A stretch of 64,000 bases of DNA from a virus, in the IMG/VR virus record IMGVR_UViG_3300042892_000474, positions 32,001 through 96,000 of that record; one strand, written 5' to 3'. A program made the translations under genes and the position numbers. The notes under the pieces are model-generated. The model did not search any database and was not told the DNA's origin. It saw nothing but the letters and a program-made list of their open reading frames with translations. Positions 18,201 to 33,200 of this stretch are shown one piece after another; the first letter of the stretch is position 1; each line of letters begins with the position of its first letter.

Positions 18201-21200
18201 ATATGGTATAGGTGCCGGAATAGATGACACTGTATTGGGATTTCCTATTAAGTATAGTGCGATAGATAACGTTGGCGATATCAGTTTTGATGTTTCTTTA
18301 AACGCAGACACCTTCGATTATGTAAGTGGAACTAATCCTATTACGCAAAAAATAAATACTGGTTATGTGTATCAGTATAATAACAGAATAGAATATGAGC
18401 GTCAACTAGGATGGCAGACTGCTGTATCACCTAGTGTTCAATATCAAATTTTTGAATTTAACTATGATCCATTAAATCCTACAACTTCATATGTATGCGA
18501 TATTGCAAAGTCTAGTGCTGATAGTACTAACTGGCCTACAATTGAAGTATACATTAACAATACCATTGTATCTCATGGGGAATACACTGTGACTGTAGGA
18601 CCTGATACTACAACAGTAGTGCTCAATGAAAATCCTATACTTGAAACAGTAATTCAAATATTGTTGTTGAGTGACCAAGTAAGCAATACTGCCTACTATT
18701 CTATACCGAATAATTTAAATAACAATCCATTGAATGCTGATATTGTAGTTGCCAACATAGGTGATATTCGTGGGCAATATCAAAGCAGTTTCTACAATAA
18801 CCCTAATTCAACAGGTAAAGTTTTTGGCCCAAATAACTATAGAGATTTGGGTAACATGGTTCCGTGGGGAGATAAGATTATACAAAACAGTGCAAGCTTA
18901 GTATTGCCTGGTGCATTCTTGCGTAAGCAGGAACATAATTTATTCAATGCACTGATGTTCAATAGTAAAGAATATGTTAAGTTTAAAAATTTATTAGCAT
19001 ATACTGTGAATAATAGTGATTATGTTCAACGATATGATCCTGCCACAATGTTAGATGATGCGTTAGATCAAATAACCTCGTCAAAAACTGATAATCAATC
19101 ATTCTTTTGGTCTGATATGTTACCTAGTAAGGCAGCATATGTGTCCAATACATACTCATTTGCAAATAGCTTAGATGTAAGTATATACCCATTGTCTAGA
19201 GTTTACGATTACACTACTGCAAATTACTATGGTGTATTGGTATATTTGATTCGCACTCAATCAGGTATTACAACAACTCAACAGTTGATTAAAGGTCAAG
19301 ACTATACTATAAGTGCAACTGCTCCGTCATTAACTGTAAGTTTAGACTTACAACCTGGTGATGTAATAACAATTAAAGAATACAATCAAACATACGGTTC
19401 TTATGTTCCTAATACTCCTACTAAATTGGGATTGTATCCAGCATATCTTCCTGAAGTAATTTTAGATAGCAATTACACTAATCCTACATATTTCATCAGG
19501 GGGCATGATGGATCATATACTAAATTGTATGGAGAATACGATACTACTACCGAACTGTTATCTGATTTTAGAGACCAAGTTTCATTAGAATTTGAATTAC
19601 GTGTTTATAACAACTTAAAAATTAGCTCAGTAATTCCTATTAAGGAATATGAAATTTTGCCCGGATTCTTTAGAGATATCGATTATTCGTATCCTGAGTG
19701 GTTAGAGATATACAGTAATGGATTCTTAAATTGGGTTGGTCAAAATCGTTTAAATTATAAAACTCAGTTCTACAATGCTGGTAACAATTATACATACAAC
19801 TATTTCCAAAGCGGTAATGCAATTAACAAGGCTGTAATTACTCAAGGCTATTGGAGAGGTATATATCAGTATTTCTATGATACTACGACACCAAACACTA
19901 CGCCGTGGGAAATGTTGGGCTTCACTGAAATGCCTACATGGTGGACAAATAGATATGGTCCTGCTCCATACACAAGTGATAACTTAGTTTTATGGAGTGA
20001 TTTAGCAGAAGGCATAGATTGGAACAACGGTAACCCAGTTGTAATTCCTGAAGCCGTACGTGACGGATTGTTAGAAATAATTCCGGTTGACAGTGCTGGT
20101 AATTTGCTTCCTCCTATCGACACTGTAGTTGGTAGTTACAATCAAAAATTATTCCAACGTGATTGGAAAGTAGGAGACGGTGCACCAGTTGAGTTTAGCT
20201 ATAGACGCAGTAGCACTTACCCATTCGATTTAATGAGAACATTGGCTCTAACTAAGCCAGCAGAATTCTTTAACTTAGGGGTCGATATAGACCACTACAA
20301 ATACAATGCAGAATTTAACCAATACTTAGTAAACAATCGTAGCCACTTGAGAATGAGTGACATTGATGTGTACGGCACCGGCACCCCTGTAACTAGCTAT
20401 GTTAACTGGGTTGTTGATTATGAAAAACAAATAGGAATTGATGCAACTACTAATATAACTGAAATGTTAAACAACATGGATGTTCGTTTGGTATACAGAT
20501 TAGCGGGATTTAGCGACAAAACTTTATTAAAGTTTTTTGTTGAAAAGAGTACACCCAATAGTGCAAATGCTAGTTTGTTAATTCCTGATGAGAGTTACAG
20601 CGTGTTATTGTATGATAACCAACCGTTTAACAGAATCATTTATTCAGGTGTAATTATACAAACGGCATCTTCAGGTGGATTCACAGTATATGGCAATTCA
20701 CAAACATATGCGTACTTTAAAACATTAAAGCCAAAATTTGGCGGCAAGTATGAAACCATAGATGTAGAAGACTTGTCAATAAGAGTGACTCCGGATCATT
20801 TTGACAAAGAACAAATAGTACCATATAACACTGCATTCTATACAGCACAGGAAGTTGCGCAGTTCTTAGCAGACTACGGTGCATACTTAACTAGTTTAGG
20901 TATGAAGTTCGATGACATGGAAAATGAAATCGAAATAAATTGGGCTCAAATGATTGCTGAGTTCTTATACTGGGCTCAGACTGGGTGGTCAGCCGGCAGC
21001 ATCGTTACATTAAACCCTTCTGCTAAAAAATTAATGATTGACAAAGATAGTAATATCGTACAACCATTAACATTGCAACAGTCAAACTTTATATTGAATC
21101 AGAATTTATATCCTATTCAATTGAATGACATGTCAGTCGTTCGTCAAGGTACTGCATTCAGTGTAGCGGCGTTAAATGCAGGTGATGTGTTATCATATGG

Positions 21201-24200
21201 TCAATTCAATCTAAGTAATTTTGAACATGGTATTGTGTTTGATAACGTAACATTGTTCGGTGACATTATCTATAATTTAACTACAGGATTACGTCAAAAC
21301 CGTATTGCATTACGAGGTACAAAGAGTGCTGATTGGAATGGTACAGTCAATGCTAGTGGATTCATTTACAATCAAGATAATATCAAAGAATGGAATCGAA
21401 CTGCAAAATATACTAAGGGTGAAATCGTTAAGTATAAGAACAAATATTGGGTAGCTACTAAGGTTATCCAAGCCAGTGAACTCTTTAAAGAAGCTGATTG
21501 GAAACGCACTGATTATGATGAAGTACAAAAAGGATTGTTACCTAACTCAAGCACACGTAGTTATGAAAGTTCGTTGTACTACGATATCGATCAAGCTAAC
21601 TTGGAAAAAGATGCTGACTTACTAAGCTTCAGTCTGATTGGATACCGTCCGCGTGATTATATGGCTCTTGCAGACTTGACAGACATTACGCAAGTCAACG
21701 TATACAAGAACATGATTAAGAACAAAGGTACATTGAACGCAGCTAGTGCATTCAAAGGCGCCACTTTGCCTCAAGGCGGCATTGATTATGAAATTTTTGA
21801 AAATTGGGCTATAAAGGCCGGAGAGTTTGGCGGTGTACTAAACAACAATTTTGTAGAATTTAGAGTTAACGAAAAATCAATGACAGGAAATCCTGCAATA
21901 GTAGGGTTGACTCAGGGAATTTACAATCAAGGTGTACAACAAGAAGTCCCGTTATACTCATTGTTCAACTACGGTAGAACCATTACAAACGTTAATGTTT
22001 TGCCTACAACTACAGAAACTATCAGTACATTGTATCCTGATGCAGGATATGTAAATTACAATGACATTAAAATGTCTGCTTTCTTCTATTCTCAATTGGG
22101 AGTAGCAGTAGATAAAAATGGTTCTATCGTACCTATTCAAGACTTTTTTGTACGTGATTACGTATGGTTAGCCAACTACTTAGAGCAATGGCAAGTTTAC
22201 ACACCTGTGTCAATGGGTCAAGTAACTACTGTAAAAAATAACTTAAATGAAACAATTACTGTAACATTTAACAAACCTCATAATCTAACACAATATCAAC
22301 CATTTGCTATTGTGAATTTTGATCCTGCGATTGATGGCTATTATCTAGCAACGATTGTGATTGATCAAAACAGAGTGTTGGTAAACAAAGTTTTAGACAC
22401 TAGCATCAAGACCATTAATGGTCAAGGTGTTGCTATGAAGTTTACTTCTCAACGTGTTGCAACTCCTGCAGAAATTGCAAACTTACCATTAACAGAAGCA
22501 GAATTTAGAAAGAATACAGTATGGGTAGATACTGATGCTTCTGGATCATGGGGCGTATACAGAAAAAATATAAACTATACATTAGAAAATCAAGTAACTA
22601 AAGCATCTTCTCAATCATTGGGAAGTGCAGTTGCGATAAGTAGCCAATTAGGTTATGTGATCAGCGATGCAGATTTGGGTCAAGTGTATCGTTACACCTT
22701 CAACGATTTGAATAATGCATATGAACTTGTACAAACTTTAGTTGGTAACCCTACATTTGGTAGTACTATTAGTTACGCGGGTGATCTATATGCAATTGCG
22801 GAAACAACAGGTGCGGCTAGTAGTGTTAAATTGTATCAGTTGCAAAGTACAACAACATCAGATGATTTGGTATTAGTACAAACTATACCTTATGCTGCCG
22901 CGCTCGATGATCTTTGGGGAACAGCAATATCAATATCAAAAAATCAAAATTGGATTTATATATCTGATATTGATAACAACACGGTACATGTGTATCAACG
23001 TTCAAATATTGTTACTACAGCGGGGAACTTTGAATCGACAGAAACATATATAATCAATTCAATCGGTACTACTGACTTTACTAGTATTGGAGCAACATCT
23101 AACGATGTAGGCACGGTATTTATTGCAACAGGGGTAGGCACAGGCACCGGAGTAGCCACAAAGATTACATTCAATGCAGTTACTACAATAGATGGTGATG
23201 CATTGGGATTGACTAACTCCGGTGATAAATTTGGATATTCAATCGCTACAGAATATGATAGCAATAAAATAATTATAGGAACTCCCTACAAAGATGAAGG
23301 GTCTGTTGACAAATGGGGTCGCACCTATGTCTTTCAGCGTCTGTCTCAAAACCTAGAAATTCAATACAACACTGTATCTCCAAACACGCAAACATTGCAA
23401 CTAGCTTGGACACCTTCTTCTACTGAATTCACAGTCACTGATACTAATGCTACAACAGATAGGATAACATTATCAACATTGCCTAATCCGGCTACTGACG
23501 TTGATAAGCCTATCATGTTTATTGGTTCTGGTTTTACTGGAACTGAAATAACTACATCAAAGGTATACTACATCGCTACGGTTTCGGGGTATGATATAAC
23601 TATCAAGGAATCAAGAGAAAGTGCAACTGTTGTTCCTCTTGCAACAGTTGCCGGCATGACAAATGCTAAAGCATACTTACAAGACGATACATTGTTTGTA
23701 TCTAACAACGGAACATTGATACAAGACAGTAATTATGCAGTAATCAGTGATACGTTAGTGTATACTGCTTCATTGAATGCAGGTGATATAATTGACGTAA
23801 ATGGTCATGAGATAACGTTGTTACAAAACATTGCGCCTGCAGAAGCTCCTCAAACCGGCGCCCAGTTTGGTACAAGTGTAACAACCAATAATACTGCAAG
23901 CGAGATATTAATTGGAGCACCGTTCCAATTAAGTACACAAACTTCAGAGGGTGTAGTATATCGTTACACAGATCCAGGCGCCGCTTATGGTATGTATGTG
24001 GGTACAACTGACTGTAATGTCACTACAACTAGAAAAATATTATTAAATGGATTCTTAACCTACATACCTGTAGGTAACGCAACCGTAGTAGCGAATGCTA
24101 TAAATTCATCTAACATAACTAATGTTGCCGCAACAGCAATTAACGGAAAATTAGTTATATTATTAGTGGATAATAGTCTAGCTCCTATCAACGAAAAATT

Positions 24201-27200
24201 ATGTTTAAGCATAACTGATACTACTACATTATCTGAATTGGGAATTACTGTATTTGACATGACTCAAGAAATTGTATGTCCACATAATATCGGCCCAACA
24301 CAATTTGGTACAGTAGTTAAGTTTAATGAGTATGGTAGTTTTGTTGCTAGTGCCCCAGTTGGTACTAGATACTCTGCTACTACCTTTGACTTTGTTGATG
24401 ACGAAAATCAAGACAATGATACGTTGTTTGATAACAATACTACATCTTGGATAGACGAATCACCAAATTTTGGTGCAGTGTACATGTTCGACTACATCTC
24501 ACAGTACAATGAAAGTTTATTAAATCTAGGTAAATTCGTATATGCGCAAAGTGTTAACTCACCAAACTTAGCATATACACCGTTTAATACTTACGACCAA
24601 GCAACTGATGTAACTACAAGTAATCAACCACTGTATGGCACTGCGTTAGACTTTAATAATTACGGAGTAATTGTAGGTACTCCCGGTGATGTAGGTTCTA
24701 CAACCGGATCCGAGTACGCCGGCTCTGCAACAGTTTATAACAACAGTACTGGTGTAAAAGATTGGGCTCTGTATAGATACTCTGCTCCAATCGTAGACAT
24801 TAACAAGATTTTTAATATTCAGTTGTTCAGCGCAGAATCGAATGAGACATTGATTAATATGGATTACATTGATCCATTGCAAGGAAAAATATTAGGAGCA
24901 GCAAGAGAAAATATTGACATTATTTCTAACGTTGATCCTGCAAATTACAACAACGGCGATACCGTTACAGGCGGCCTAGTATGGGGAGCAGATCATGTTG
25001 GTAAAGTTTGGTTAAACACTAAGAATCTTCGTTTTGTAAACTATCATCAAAACAATGACGTTTCTTATAACAGTCAATATTGGGGTACATTGTTTCCTGG
25101 TAGTGACGTATCAGTTTGTAGTTGGGTAGCAAGTAATGTACTACCTGGCGAATACAGAGGGCCAGGAATACCTGTTGATGTAACTTCATTCTCTATTCAA
25201 TATGTAATAGACGCAGCCGGCGCACTTGCTCCTGTCTATTATTTCTGGGCTAGAAATACAAATACTATATTCTCAAACAATGGTAAGACATTAGCAGATT
25301 CTATCATTGCATCTTATATTGAAAATCCAAAAGCATCTGGTATAAGTTATTTTAGTCCTATTCTTCCTAGTGTTTACGGATTGTATAACTCTGGTGATTA
25401 TATCAATGCCAATGATAGTGTATTACACATTGGATTTGCTACAGGTAACAACGATGACGTATCGCATGAACAATTTAATTTAATTCGTTCAGGATTCCCT
25501 AGTGATTTCTTACCTGGAGTTCCAAATACAACTAATGAAATACCTGATAGCTTGTATGATCGTTTATTAGACAGCTTATGCGGTGTTGATGAAACAGGTG
25601 CAATTGTTCCTAATCCATATTTGCCAAAAGCAGTTCAAACGGGTATACTAGCAAGACCTCGACAGAGTTTTTTCCTAGATCGTTTTACTGCATTAAAAAA
25701 TTATCTACAGTATGCAAATTCTATATTAACTCAGTTCCCCATAACTGAAATCAGACAATCTTCATTCTTGACATCATCAGGTGAGTTCTATGATACTAGA
25801 GACTATTGGGAATTTATTAATTGGTGGGCAACAGGTTATGATGACAACATAAAATCTGCATTACAGGTTCCTATCTATGCAGATTTATCTACACTGTCAG
25901 TCATCCCTGGCACTATAGTAACTGTATCTACTAACATGAGTGGTAAAGCAGAAACTTACATATTCGAGTTAACCGGTAATTGGAGACGTATTGGTTTAGA
26001 AAACGGCACAATACGCTTTAAATCATCATTATGGGATTATGAATCAGTTCGTTTAGGTTACGGTGATAACTTCTTTGACACTGATACTTATGATGTTTAT
26101 CCTAGTGAAGAAACACGCAAAATTGTTCGTGCATTGAACGAACAAATATATACGGATGACCTATTGGTATACAGAAACCGTAGTTTGATTTTGTTGTTTG
26201 AATACATTCAAAGTGAAACCACAGAAAGTCAAAATTACTTACCATGGCTAAACAAAACATCATTCATTGATGTTGCACATACTATACGTGAACTACGACC
26301 AATCGAAGTATTCCAAACGGATAATCAAGATTTCTTGTCAGGGTACATGAATGAAATAAAACCATATCATGTGGTTATCAAAGAATTCTTATTTAAGTAT
26401 ACTGGTAGCGAAGTGTATAGTGGAAATATTACTGATTTTGATTTGCCTGCAAAATATGACAAATCTCAAGCACAGTTTATAACACCTCAATTAGTTTATA
26501 ATAGCGGTAACGGAGTAAATCAATTTACTCCTGACAATCCTATATGGGAAGAACAAGAATACTCACAGTGGTTTGAAAACCATGGGTTGTCTATAACAGG
26601 TGAACTTGATGCACACATAACAACATTAGCGTCATATATTTCATTGAATACTAAATCTTTTGCAGTTGATAATGCTCAAGGTTTACCTATCAATGGTATT
26701 TTAAAAATGGGAACCGAACAAATTGGATACTCATCAGTGGATCGTGCGTTAAATGTATTGGCTGGGTTAACTCGCGGAGTTAACGGAACCCCAATTACAG
26801 AACATATTCCTGGTGAAAACATATTTATGGATCTTCCTGCTGTGCTATTACTTGATGGCGGCAGAGGATATATCGAACCTCCTAAGGTTACTGCATATAT
26901 TGATCCAGTGTTGTATCCGGCACCAACAAAACCTGCGGTGTTGAATGCAGTAATGAATTTAGATAGTGTATTGCGTGTGGACGTTGTTGATCCTGGCCAA
27001 GGATATACAGTACTACCAAAAATAATCATTGACTCATCTATTGTTGTTCCATTCTCAAGTACGGATGTAAACACATTCTCTAGCACTATTCAAATTTATG
27101 CTCCGTTATTGCAAACAGGAGACCTAATTCAATACAAAGTAGGAACTAACAGTACACCAATTGGTGGATTAGAAAACGATCAATGGTATTATATCAATGT

Positions 27201-30200
27201 ATTAGAAACTGTACCTTCAGTTGTTTTGGGATTTTATGATAACTATGCTGATTGTATTAATGATCACGATAGACTCCCGTTATTCAGTACAGGAACAGGT
27301 GCAAATCACACAGTTAATCTAGGTGCAAAGGCAAGTGCAATTTCTAGTTCATTACCTATAAGGCAAAATGATATTGTATTAAGGTTTGATAGAACTGCGT
27401 ATACATCAAAAGTCATTGAATGGGTAACCGGTAGATACTATGGTGCTTTCTTCGCCGGCACATATTCTAATAGCGAATCAATAGCAAGCTCATCAATTAC
27501 TTTACAAAGTACTCAGCCACCAATAGCTGATATATTGGCTAGTGCTCAAGGTGTAGCATTTGAAATAACTGATTTGAGAAACGAGAGAACAGTAACGTAT
27601 AGTTCTTTTATTCGTAATGTGCATAGCACATATGCGTCAAATGATGTTGTTAGATTAACTCTACAAGACGATGGTTCTGGTAATCCAAACGCATCTGGTG
27701 GTACTAATGGATTCTATATAGGAATGCCTGTAACATTTATCGGTGACATTGGATCTAGTGGTATTGTTAATGAACAAGTTTACTATGTCAATAGTATTGT
27801 AAATCAAACTGATTTTACTTTGTCAATAAACAGTACAGGTAGCCCTTTATTACCATTGACTAATTGGACAGTAGGCCCGGCTGGACTAGAATGTTTTGTA
27901 GGAGAAGTTACCGATATTGCAGTTATTACTGTAAATTATCCTGGAATACTTGATGTTACATCAACCTTAGCAGTTACTAACAACATAACAGTACCGTTAA
28001 ATGTTACAGGTACTGGTGGCACCGCTGGCTTCTACATTGATTTGCCTATCTTCTTTACAGGTACTGACCCAACTAAGATACAAAACGGAGTGTTTGGTGG
28101 AATCATAGAAAATGAAGTTTATTATGTAACTACCGTAGTAGACAATCAAACATTTACTATGTCTGAAACACAGAATCCGCAGACGTTTAATGTAACTGCA
28201 ACTGTTGCGTCTAATGACACTGTACTGATTGACGGTGATACTAATAAACTTATTGTCAATGAGCCTATAATTTTTAACACCATGATACTTGCAGGAGTTG
28301 AAAGTGCTACATTTGGTGGCCTAGTTTCAGGAACAACTTACTATGTTTCTTCTATTGTTAGCCCTAGTGCATTCCAAATATCAGCTACTGTTAACGGTGC
28401 TGTGTTACCGTTGTCTGATGTTTCGCCGGCAAGCAACACTTCAGCGTTGGTAACTAGTCAGAAAAATACTGTTACATTGACTACCGCTACAGGAAACAGT
28501 ATGGTAGTTAACGTTAGCTTACCGGTAAGTCCAGGACAAGTTAATGGTCAGTTGTTCACACTATACGAAACTTCTGGTCAATATCCTGGGTTAGATGGAA
28601 CAAATGGAAATCTAATTACTAGAGGTGTTGCGGCATTGATAGGTGAGCGCACTTCAGGAATTGACGGATTACCGGTTGATGTTAACTCAATTGTAATGAC
28701 TAACTATAACGCAGGTGACACTGTTGCAAGAGGGTTGACTAACATATATGTTAATATGCCTATAGAAATCTCAGAAGACCTATTCTTTACAAATGTGCTT
28801 GTTCCTGGAACAACTTATTATGTAGTAGACAAAGGCACTATTGAAATTGAAGTGACAAACACATCATCTTCAACTAATGAATTGACTTGTGATACTACTG
28901 AGATGTTATTTGCTGATATGCCAATCACATTCTCTGGATCAGGCATTGGTGGTGCAGAAATTGATGTTGAATATTGGATTAAAGAAATAGTAAGTGACAC
29001 TAGATTCACAATCACTAACACGCCCGGTGGTTTAGAACTAACATTATCTACTGCTAGCGGATTGATGACCGGTACTGGATTACCGTATATCAAAGTCGCA
29101 GGCAACCTCGGCGACCCTGCTGAGTATCCAGGTGACTCCCAACAAAGTGCATCAATCACAGCCGCAAACCCTGCGGTTATTACAGTCGCTAATGCTCCTG
29201 AAAATGGAACTACAGTAATCTTTAGAAACGGTACTGTACCTTCAGGCATGTCTTTGGGAACGAGATATTATGTCCGTAATGCTAATAGCACTACGTTCAA
29301 TGTTTCGTTAACCGCTAGCGGTGCGTTAATAAACACTTCTTCTGGTTCACTATCAACTTCTACCATGGTCATCACTACTGAAACTACAGTAGATCAAACG
29401 CCGCTAACAGTAGCTGAATTTGATGTAAGTTATATTTTAGGTGGATATAGAGTATTAATTAGCAATTTGGGTACAGGATATGCAGTAGATAACACAATTG
29501 TTATTCCGGGAAATGAAATAGGTGGCACATCACCGTTGAACGACTTAACAGTAACTGTTAACTCTATTGGAACTAATGGTGAAATTACAAGCGTAATCTG
29601 TAACGGAACGGTAGCCGGTGATTCAAACCAATATTACTTAAAAGTAATTTCATCTACTGAGTTCGAATTATATCAGAATCAATTGATGACAGTTCCTGTA
29701 AGTGGTCTGTCATTGCCCTACGTTGGTATTACTGAAGCTACAGTTACTGCTGTAAGTTCAGCCAATGATAGATTGACAATTGGTGACACTAGTGTGTTTG
29801 ATGTTAATGATGCAGTTGTGTTTACTGGATCTGTTCAGACAAACATAACAAATATTACTGAAGGTGAAACATATTATATCTATGATATTCCATCTAGTAC
29901 ACAGTTTAGAATTAGCACAGTACCCGGAGACGTTACTACTATTGTAAATATAGTGACCACAATTGGTGTTAACTTTACAATGGCTAAATCAGGTTCGTTT
30001 GCATTGTTACCAGAGCCATTCATCTTCAATCAAAGTATTGTCAAATATAACAACCGAGTATATGTTTGTGTGATATCTAACAACGACACTGAGTTTGTAT
30101 TCGGTAAGTGGGAATTATTAACTAGTGGCGACAGAAGATTAAATGCAATGGATCGTGTATTTGGTTACTATCAACCAACTGATAACATGCCAGGCAAAGA

Positions 30201-33200
30201 TTTGTCTCAATTGTTTGAAGGAGTAATATATCCAAACAGTACTTATTTGGGTAATGCGTTTGCGCCCGATGATCAGTATCCAATCGACACCATATTACAA
30301 GATCAAGCGTTCTATCCTGCTGATGTAGATATACATGCTGTTGTTTGGGATGGTGTGCGTTATTTGGCAGCAGCCGACATGACTGATTATTCTAGTGTAA
30401 TATCAAGTCTAACCGGAGACGAATGGTCAATTCAAAAGTTAGCAAATAGTCCGATAAACACTACTGATATGATTTATGCAGGTGGTTATTATATAATGAC
30501 TACCAACAATCCAGCAACCCCTGTGTTTAGAAGTATAGATGGTATAACATGGACTACTAATGGCTACTATACCCCGTATGGTTCTGTTCCGTATGATACT
30601 ACAACCTATGATTTTACTGCACTGAGCATATCTTCATTGAATTTAAATTCAGTTGGATACAGAGATAACTTATGGGTCGCTGTCGGAGAAGGAATTGTTT
30701 CTAGCGATGATACCTATATTTGGAGACAACGATTTACATTCAGTAACCCTACATTGACTAATATCCTATACGGTGTTAATGGAGTTAGCGTTCCAAACTA
30801 CATTGGATTTATCGCTGTTGGTAAAGGTCAACAGTTAGATTATTCAACTGGCGTAGGAATTACGATTGATGTAAACATTGTTTTAACAAGCACTGACGGA
30901 ATTAACTGGAATCAAATTCCTGCATTAAGTTCTAAGGGCTTCTACGGTGTTACACACAACAGTTCAAAAATTGTAGCTGTGGGTGAAGATGGAGTAATAT
31001 ACATATCTGATAACGGTGCAAATTGGTTAGGTGTAAATGAAGTTACAGTGATTAGTGCAAACGACTCATCTAACGAATTGAACGTAACTAGCACCGCTGG
31101 ATTTATAGTTGGAGATCAAGTTAAATTCTCAGAGTCATTCAACGTCTTTGTCGCAGGAACAACATATTATGTAGTTAATATAATATCGCTCACTCAGTTA
31201 CAAGTAAGTGCTACTCCTGGTGGATTACCAGTAACATTGAACGTGTTTGATCCTAGTGAGACAACATATATGTTTGCACCAAGAACAACATCATTGGTTG
31301 ATGTGTATTATGCAAACAATAGATATGTTGCTGTCGGTGATGCGGGGCTCATTAAAGTATCGATTGACGGTTATTCTTGGGCCCAGCATAGTTCCGGAAC
31401 TTCAGAGAATTTAAATGGAATTACCTATAACTCTACAAGCGGAGAATGGATAGCAGTTGGTGATAATAACACTATTTTAATTAGTTCTGATAATGGTGTC
31501 ACTTGGACTAGCTCATCAGTATTTGCAATACAACCTACGATCTATGATGTACAGGGTGCAGAATTTACATATGGTTATGGACCAGAAGAATTAGTTCCTG
31601 GTGTCGTTACTGATAACATTACGATGACAGTTGCGACTCGCCCTGGCACTAATTGGGATGAAACAATTTATGCTCACGTTGGTTATAACGTTGTTAGCAT
31701 AGAGTACACTCCTACTTCAGGAACACAGACATTATATAGTTTTGATATAGGTAATTTGTACAACGTTCAGACTCCTGCTCAAATTGCAGTTTACATTATT
31801 GACGGAACTACAGGACTAAGCACTGCAATATATGAAACATTAAATTATACAATCAATTGGATTGATTATACGATCACCTTAAATACTCCTCTTACTTTCT
31901 CACCCGTAGCAAACAACCTACGTGTAGATGTGTATGAAGTGGGTAATGGAAATCAGTTAGTTAAGTCTAGTACAAAATCTGATCCTATAAGAATTAATTC
32001 TTCAACTGGATGGAATGAAATTTACGTAAATTGTAATTATTCTGGACAAATATACGATGGTTCAGGTATCATAAGACCAGATACTCAACCAGTTGATGTT
32101 ATTGCTACTATGACTGATAGCACAAATAACTCAATACTATGTGCAAGCGTAGAAGATTTTGTATTAAACAGTCCAATAACCTTTCAAGGTAGTGTGTTTG
32201 GTGGTATTGCAGAAGACACTACATACTATGTAAAAACTATTAGTTATGTAACCAATAGAATTACAATCTCAACTACAATAAATGTTAGTACTGGTACTGC
32301 AGGATCAACATTAGCGTTGACTGATGGTACTGGTTCTATGAATGTTGTTATTAGAGTTGGATACGGAGCAGTGTGGACTAGCCCTATTATCTATCACAAC
32401 GGTAGTAAATTATTAATAGGAACAACTAGTACAATTACTAGAACAAAAGCTAGTAACAATGCAATAACAACAAACACTACTAGTGGTATGGTAATAGGGG
32501 AAAGAATAGTGTTTAGTGACACTATGTTTGGTGGAGTATTGTTGCCACAAACAACTTACTACATCAAATCTATCGTTGATCCTAACGAATTTACAGTATC
32601 TGCGACACTCGGCGGCCCAGTTATAGCATTAACAAACGCCACCGGGGGTGCAGAGTTTATATCTAACGACTATGCTTTTGGTATTGCAGATAACGGTATT
32701 AGTGCGTCAATTATCTTCTCAACAGGAGATTATGATGACAATGTTGATTACATTAGCTATACTTTATTTGGAGAAACTACTCCTACTCAGTATGGTTACA
32801 CTATACCTGAAGTTCAAGTAATAAGTGCTACCGGAGCAACAGGTCCGTTCTCATTAGATAATTTTGTTGGTGATAATAATCCTGATAATGCAATTGTAGA
32901 AGTAAATGGATTACGACTATTAAACACTACTGCGTATACTATAGATAGTAACAATAACGAAATCACATTTGTATCTGCGCCTACGTTAGGTAGTACTATT
33001 GCCGTAACGACATTTAATAATACTGACCGTCAGTATTTAAATACTCAGTATAACATAACTGGTGTAACAGTTGCTAACATCGTTGACGTTAACAATACCA
33101 TAACACCGGTTGCCGCTATCACTAATTGTACAGCTTCAAATGGTACAACAGAGGTAATAACTTGCGTTTCAACTACCGGATTTGTTCCAGGACAAACTAT

